DNA of 64,000 nucleotides, from NCBI GenBank assembly GCA_044506615.1, contig JBIQKJ010000005.1:67344-131343 (forward strand), read 5' to 3'. Made by a program: the position numbers and the translations under genes. The notes under the pieces were generated by a model that saw only the letters and a list, made by a program, of their open reading frames with translations, did no database searches and was not told where the DNA came from. The stretch comes from Chloroflexota bacterium (GTDB taxonomy: Bacteria > Chloroflexota > Limnocylindria > Limnocylindrales > CSP1-4). This document shows, in pieces, positions 58,799 through 64,000 of the stretch. Position 1 is the first letter of the stretch. The number at the start of each line of letters is the position of its first letter.

Positions 58799-60505
58799 TC
58801 AGTCGAGGTGGAGCTCCTCGTCGCTCGCGGCGGGCAGCCAGAAGCCGAACTCCGCCCCGCCGGTCTCGGCCGGCCGCGCCCAGACGCGGCCGTTCATCGC
58901 CTCGACCAGCTTGCGGCACACGAACAGGCCGATGCCCGCGCCGCTCGTGCTCGCGCTCGCCTCCGGTGCCCGGTAGAAGAGCTCGAACAGGCGGTCCGCG
59001 GGCCCGTCGGGCAGTCCCGGCCCGGCGTCGATGACCCGCACCGCCGCTCCGCCGTCCTCGGCGTCCGCCGTCACCCGGATCGTCGTGCCCGGCGGGCTGT
59101 ACTTGGCCGCGTTGCCCAGGTAGTTGCGAAGCACCTGCTCGACGTAGACGTCCTCCCCGAGCACGATCGGGAGCGAGTACGAGGTCTCGACATCGATCTC
59201 GTGGCTGGTCGCACGCGCCCCCTCGGCCTTGGCGGCGGCGCGCACGAGCGGTCCGACCGAGATCGGGTTCGGCGCAACCTCGAGCCGGCCGCCCTCGGCG
59301 CGGCTGAGCACCAGCAGGTCCTCGGTGAGGCGGCGGAGCCGTTCGGCCTCGGCGCCGATGTCGTCGAGCTGCTCGCCGACCTTCTCCGGATCCATGGTGT
59401 GGCGGCGCGTCCGGAGCAGCTCGGTCATCCCGTACAGCGTCGTGATCGGCGAGCGGATCTCGTGGCTGAGAACGCCGAGGAACGCGTCCCGGAACTCACG
59501 GGTCCGCTCGATCTCCGCGGTGTGGGCTGCCTGGCGACGAGCCATCTCACGCGAGTCCGTGAGGTCGCTCGCGAGCGAGGCGAGGACCAGCCCCGACGCC
59601 TGCTCGACGCCGAGGAAGACCTGCAGCAGCGTCGTGCCGTGGTCCGCCGCATCGAGGACCGTGAACGGGCCGATCCCGAACGCCGTGGCGACGTTCCCGA
59701 TGCCGGCGATCAGCAGCCCGATGAGCGAGGCGCCCCGGATCCCGAAGCGAAGGCCGGCCCACATGACGAACGGGACGATGAAGTAGGGCAAGGTGAGCGC
59801 CCACGTGCCGCCCCACTCGCTGAACACGAGGACCGTCACCGCGGTGGCGCTGACGGCGAGCAGCACCGCCTCCAGGCGCGACCGATTGGCCGACGGGTGC
59901 GACCAGCTCAGGAGCACGGGCGCGACCACCAGGACGCCGAGCCCGTCGCCGACGAAGTACTGGGGCCAGACCACCGTCGGGATGCCGTTCGCGAAGAGGA
60001 TCGTCCCGATGGACCCGATGGTCGCGCCGACGAGCGGACCCGCGATCGCGCCGAACGCGATGAACCCGATCAGCGCGGTCACCGGGGTCAGCGAGCCGCT
60101 CGGCGAGACGAGGCGACGGATGAGGACCGCGCCGACCAGCGGCTCCACGACGTTGCCGACGGTCCACAGCATGGACCCGCCGAGCGGGTAGCCTCGCACA
60201 AGATCGCCGCCGAACTCGGCGATCGCGACGCCCCCGAGGACCCACGGCCAGAGCCGGGTCGGGATCAGCAGGAGGAGCCCGAGCGACAGCCCTGCTGCCG
60301 GCCAGAAGACCGCCGTGCCGCTCGGAACGGGATCGCGCAGCCAAATGACCAGCTGCGCCAGCACGAGGTAGGCGGCCGCCACACCGATGAGCAGCGCGTA
60401 CCCGGGCGCCTCCGCCAGCCAGTCCTCGAGCGAACGGGCGGATCGGCGCGTCTGTGGACCGCCGAGAGCTGGGGCGGGGATGGCGGAGTCAGCCGTCGCG
60501 GCCAC
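58799..60505 (-). CDS. Sensor histidine kinase with N-terminal MASE1-type membrane sensor domain
   Basis: 8 TM helices then HisKA (LSHEIRSPIT) and HATPase_c (GAGIGLFVCRKLVE) motifs. Confidence 0.8.
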   Translation of the reverse strand: MAATADSAIPAPALGGPQTRRSARSLEDWLAEAPGYALLIGVAAAYLVLAQLVIWLRDPVPSGTAVFWPAAGLSLGLLLLIPTRLWPWVLGGVAIAEFGGDLVRGYPLGGSMLWTVGNVVEPLVGAVLIRRLVSPSGSLTPVTALIGFIAFGAIAGPLVGATIGSIGTILFANGIPTVVWPQYFVGDGLGVLVVAPVLLSWSHPSANRSRLEAVLLAVSATAVTVLVFSEWGGTWALTLPYFIVPFVMWAGLRFGIRGASLIGLLIAGIGNVATAFGIGPFTVLDAADHGTTLLQVFLGVEQASGLVLASLASDLTDSREMARRQAAHTAEIERTREFRDAFLGVLSHEIRSPITTLYGMTELLRTRRHTMDPEKVGEQLDDIGAEAERLRRLTEDLLVLSRAEGGRLEVAPNPISVGPLVRAAAKAEGARATSHEIDVETSYSLPIVLGEDVYVEQVLRNYLGNAAKYSPPGTTIRVTADAEDGGAAVRVIDAGPGLPDGPADRLFELFYRAPEASASTSGAGIGLFVCRKLVEAMNGRVWARPAETGGAEFGFWLPAASDEELHLD

Positions 60506-60637
60506 TGTTCCTCCGGTCGATGTCGCCGCGCGGGACGCCGCGGCGGCGAGACCGTCAAGGATACCCCGTCGGTTTCGGGCCGGCGGACGGCCCCGACGCG
60601 AGGAGCCGCCTCCGGTGGCGCCGAGGGCGGCTCGTGG

Positions 60638-61618
60638 TCAGGCCGGCGCCGGTCCGCGCAGTGCCGGGTTCGCAGCCCGGCGCGCCTTGCGGAAGGCGTC
60701 GATCGCATCCCAGGTCACGACGGCCACGACGCTGACGCCGATGATCACCGCGGTGACATCGATCCAGGCACCGCCGTCGGTCGCCTCACGGAGCTTGTTG
60801 ATGAGCTGCGGGTTGAACAGGAGGTCGTTCTGGAGGAGGTAGACGGCCGGCACGGCGAACGCCGCGCCGAGGACCGCGTTGGTCGCGGCGAGCGGGTACG
60901 TCCAGCGACCGCGGACGAAGACGACGATCGCGAGGAGGACCTCGGCGACGATCACGCCGAGGAACCACGGCAGCCAGAACGACCACAGTGCCGGGTCGAA
61001 GAGCGGGAACGACACGCCGTCGATGACGGTCGGCGGCTGCAGCTGGACCCAGAGCAGGCCGACCGCGACGATCCCGTTCGCGACCAGGACGCCGATGAGC
61101 TCCGAGACGGGCAGGCGTCCGGGATCCGGCAGCTCCGGGAGATCGTCGGGCGTCCACCGGTGCGCGGCGACCTCGTCGACCGCGACACGTTCGATGACCA
61201 CGAAGACGAGCGTGATCCAGAAGACGGTCTGGATCGCCACGCTGATCGCCGCTGAGCCGGCGGCGACGATCGACTCGCCGACCGGTCGCTCGCCGATCAG
61301 GTTGGCGCCCAGCACCACCGCGAAGAGGATCGGAACGATGATCGGCAGCAGGAGCGTGAGGAGCCGCTGCCAGTGCGGGTAGATGGTCGGCCCGATCAGG
61401 TGCTGCGGCCGCTCCGAGTAGCGCGCGGCGAGCACCGTCGGGTCGCCCAGCTCCGTGAGCGCGGAGCGCTCCGCCGTGTCGGCCGGCTCGCCGGCGCTGC
61501 GCCGCGCCTCGACGGCGTCGTCGACGAGCGCGCGGATCTCCTGCTCGAGCTCGGCGCGCTGGGAGCTCGGGACCGCCCGAAGGACGGCCCACACGTATCG
61601 GTCGGTCAGGTTGCTCAT
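60638..61618 (-). CDS. DUF1700/HAAS-like membrane protein partnered with PadR regulator
   Basis: ATGA overlap with PadR gene; N-terminal soluble helical domain then 5-6 TM helices. Confidence 0.65.
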   Translation of the reverse strand: MSNLTDRYVWAVLRAVPSSQRAELEQEIRALVDDAVEARRSAGEPADTAERSALTELGDPTVLAARYSERPQHLIGPTIYPHWQRLLTLLLPIIVPILFAVVLGANLIGERPVGESIVAAGSAAISVAIQTVFWITLVFVVIERVAVDEVAAHRWTPDDLPELPDPGRLPVSELIGVLVANGIVAVGLLWVQLQPPTVIDGVSFPLFDPALWSFWLPWFLGVIVAEVLLAIVVFVRGRWTYPLAATNAVLGAAFAVPAVYLLQNDLLFNPQLINKLREATDGGAWIDVTAVIIGVSVVAVVTWDAIDAFRKARRAANPALRGPAPA

Positions 61619-61959
61619 GGTCGATGCCCTCCCTGGGCGAGATCGCGGATCGACGCGTCGAGCCGCTTCCAGTCGGCGAGGAGCTCCTCGGCGAGACGGT
61701 CGCCGTCGGGGCCCGTTCGGTAGAACTTGCGTGGACGCGACTCGGCGGTGTTCCACTCGCTCGTGAGGACGCCCTGCGATTCGAGGCGACGGAGGAGCGG
61801 GTAGAGCGTGTTCGCGTCGACCCCGAACCCGAGCTCGCGCAGCTGGTCGAGCAGCGCGTAGCCGTAGCCGGGCGTGCGAAGCAGGAGTAGGCACGCAAGC
61901 ACGATCGTCCCGCGTCGCAGCTCCTGGCGGCCGCCGGTGAGGAGTTCCTCGATGTCCAT
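61615..61959 (-). CDS. PadR family transcriptional regulator
   Basis: Winged HTH ...GYGYALLDQLRELGF...TLYPLLRRLESQGVL... Confidence 0.85.
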   Translation of the reverse strand: MDIEELLTGGRQELRRGTIVLACLLLLRTPGYGYALLDQLRELGFGVDANTLYPLLRRLESQGVLTSEWNTAESRPRKFYRTGPDGDRLAEELLADWKRLDASIRDLAQGGHRP

Positions 61960-61969
61960 GGCCGAAACA

Positions 61970-61990
61970 ATAGTGTGTGTCACACACTAT
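61970..61990. promoter_or_regulatory. Perfect 21-bp palindrome ATAGTGTGTG-T-CACACACTAT, 11 bp upstream of the PadR start codon; candidate PadR operator
   Basis: Read directly. Confidence 0.6.
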
Positions 61991-62370
61991 GTCAAGACCC
62001 ACATCATCGTTCGTCGCACGACTGGGTGAGCGGCCGCCCGGCCCGGCCCGCGCCGGGCACAGCGTGACGATGGCGCTCCTCGCGTGCTGCTTATGCCGGA
62101 GGCGACTGTTCCGTCGGCGCCTTCGCTGGTTTGGTGCTGCCCATCCACCGGGAGACTGGTAGCAGGCCCGAGCAGGCGGGATCGGTCGCCGGCGGCCCCT
62201 GCCCTGTCGATAGCATGCTCGGGGGGATCCCCGCGAAGCGGATCCGGGCTGTGGGGTGGATACCAGTCTCCCGCGGACTGCGGCGAGAAGCTCCCGCGAA
62301 GGTGGCGGGCCGGGCGGGCCGGGCGCGCAGGGTGACGCGAGAGCCGGGGCCACGCGCCCACGACCCGCGC

Positions 62371-63021
62371 TCAGGACGCCGGAGCGGACTCCGCCTCGCG
62401 CGCCATCTCCAGCACGCGCACGAACACCTCGGTTGGCTGCGCCCCGGACACCCCGTAGCGCCGATCGACCACGAAGAACGGGACGCCCGTGATCCCGAGC
62501 GCGTGCGCCTCCTCGATGTCGCGACGGACGTCGGCCGCATACGCATCGGACGCCAGGACCGAGCGAGCCTCGCCGGCCGGGATCCCGACCTCCGACGCGA
62601 GCCGTACCAGCGTCTCGTGGTCGTCGAGGACCTCGCCCTCCTCGAGCTGCGCCGACAGCAGCCGCTCCTGGATCTCGCGCCCGAGCCCCTTCGCCTGCCC
62701 GAGGTGGGCGACGCGATGCGCGTCGAACGTGTTGATCACCTGGTACAGGTCGAACCGGTAGCGGAGCCCCTCGTCGGCGGCCAGCGCCACGACCCGCTCG
62801 TTCATCGTCGCGACCTGCTCCGGCGTCGCGCGCATCCTGGCCGCCAGGTAGTCGTCGTGCGACTGCCGATACCCCACCGGCAGCTCGGGGTTGAGCTGGA
62901 AGCTCCGCCAGACGACGTCGATCTCGTTGTCGCGCTCGAGAGTCGCGAGCGCGCGCTCGAACCGCCGCTTCCCGATGTAGCACCACGGACAGACGACGTC
63001 CGACCAGATCTCGACCCGCAC
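62371..63021 (-). CDS. DsbA/FrnE-family thiol-disulfide oxidoreductase
   Basis: GTG start; VRVEIWSDVVCPWCYIGKRRFE... Confidence 0.8.
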   Translation of the reverse strand: MRVEIWSDVVCPWCYIGKRRFERALATLERDNEIDVVWRSFQLNPELPVGYRQSHDDYLAARMRATPEQVATMNERVVALAADEGLRYRFDLYQVINTFDAHRVAHLGQAKGLGREIQERLLSAQLEEGEVLDDHETLVRLASEVGIPAGEARSVLASDAYAADVRRDIEEAHALGITGVPFFVVDRRYGVSGAQPTEVFVRVLEMAREAESAPAS

Positions 63022-63085
63022 GATGCTCCCTTTCCGTTTCGTTGCAGGAGCAACGATAGCCGAGGAACGGCTCAGGCGGCGGCCG

Positions 63086-63913
63086 CTACCACTCGAGGGT
63101 GCCGCCTCGATCGAGGAGCCTGAGCCGCTCGCCGAGACCCGCCGCCTCGATTGCGGCAACGAAATCCTCGAGCGGGGATTCGAAGGCGTCGTAGTCGTCG
63201 AAGTGGATCGGCACGACGACGCCCGGCGCGAGCAGCCGCACCAGCCCGAGCCCCTGCTCCGCGTCCATCGTGACGGTCACGCCCATGACCCGCGTCCCGC
63301 CGAGGTGGAGGACCCCGACATCGGGCGCGGGATGGCGTCGCGGGATCTCCTCGAGCCCGTCGTAGAGCAGGGTGTCGCCGCTGATGTAGAGGCGCGTCTC
63401 CGCGGGAGCGTCCCCAGCGGCCCCGGCCGCCCACGCCTCGACGAGCGAGCCCATCACGTCGGGGAGTGCCACCGACAGCACGCTCGGCGCGTGGCGCCCG
63501 GGCATCGAGGTGATGCGCACCCGGTGCTCCGGCGAGCCGACCTCGACCGACTCCCACGTCTCGAGCCCGCGAGCTGCGCGGAACCCGAGATCCTGGAGCG
63601 TGCCCGCGGCCTCGGGAGTCGTGACGACCTGCAGGTTCCGGTCGAGCTGCTCCTCGGCGACCCGGTCGAAGTGATCGCCGTGGAAGTGCGAGAGCAGCAC
63701 GAGGTCGATCGGCGGCAGCGCCTCGATCTCGATCGCGGGATCGAGCAGCCGCCTGGTGCTCAGCCCGTACCCCAGCGGCACCTCCTCGCCCGCGTGCACG
63801 AAGTTCGGGTCGGTCAGGATCGTCACGCCACCCACGCGAAGCAGCGTGGTCGCGTTGCCGATGAACGTGAGCGAGCCCCGCGCGGCGACCGGTGGGGGAG
63901 GATGGTCGGTCAT
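63086..63913 (-). CDS. MBL-fold metallo-hydrolase
   Basis: HFHGDHFD metal-binding motif; start at internal Met (MTDHPPP...). Confidence 0.75.
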   Translation of the reverse strand: MTDHPPPPVAARGSLTFIGNATTLLRVGGVTILTDPNFVHAGEEVPLGYGLSTRRLLDPAIEIEALPPIDLVLLSHFHGDHFDRVAEEQLDRNLQVVTTPEAAGTLQDLGFRAARGLETWESVEVGSPEHRVRITSMPGRHAPSVLSVALPDVMGSLVEAWAAGAAGDAPAETRLYISGDTLLYDGLEEIPRRHPAPDVGVLHLGGTRVMGVTVTMDAEQGLGLVRLLAPGVVVPIHFDDYDAFESPLEDFVAAIEAAGLGERLRLLDRGGTLEW

Positions 63914-64000
63914 CGGGGCGACCGTAGCCGCCCGGCCGTCCGCGCCGACCCCGGAAACCGGGGTCGAGGCTTGCGACGGCATCGCGGCCGCCGACCCGCC

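Noticed and set aside
63944-63968. GACCCCGG-AAA-CCGGGGTC hairpin near the window end as a terminator
   Set aside because: No flanking T/A tract on either strand and it may lie within the 5' region of the MBL hydrolase ORF if the upstream Met is used, so it is not called.
1-64000. Searched for transposases, integrases, phage structural genes, toxin-antitoxin pairs, restriction-modification or other recognisable defence systems
   Set aside because: None of the supported ORFs carry DDE/serine/tyrosine recombinase, terminase, capsid, methyltransferase or nuclease hallmark motifs. The CPBP 'Abi' family member is a protease-family name, not evidence of abortive infection here.

Overview
High-GC (~72%) actinobacterial-type chromosomal window (assignment to Actinomycetota is an inference from GC content, UPF0182, LCP and gene organisation). 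The first ~22 kb is housekeeping: a truncated haemoglobin followed by a MerR-HTH/class III nucleotidyl cyclase pair, guaA, the UPF0182 membrane protein, three zinc-ribbon proteins plus a CPBP protease, radC, mreB-mreC and an rmlA-B-D-C dTDP-rhamnose operon. From ~22.6 kb to 58.5 kb the window is dominated by a large cell-envelope glycopolymer island. It contains a secreted multidomain protein, GT2 and GT4 glycosyltransferases, a Wzm/Wzt-type ABC exporter, two TagF-family glycerophosphotransferases, a Bcs1-like fused cytidylyltransferase/SDR (CDP-ribitol synthase-like), a PP-loop ATPase, a UDP-sugar 6-dehydrogenase, and a complete legionaminic-acid-type nonulosonic acid pathway with a NeuA-NeuB fusion. 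These are followed by a parvulin, mazG-rph-rdgB-LOG, an LCP-family ligase, tRNA-Pro(TGG), a MASE1 histidine kinase and a PadR module with a perfect 21-bp operator palindrome. The most unusual sequence-level signal is a previously unrecognisable (to me) family of ~113-bp structured palindromic repeat elements. Each has CUUCG-type terminal hairpins flanking a conserved ACATTCGTGCG / CGCACGAATGT inverted repeat. There are at least 10 copies, all in the same orientation, in four intergenic clusters, two of them organised as higher-order tandem arrays. No transposase, integrase, phage or cas genes were seen. Many long antisense ORFs in the six-frame track are high-GC artefacts and are not reported as genes.
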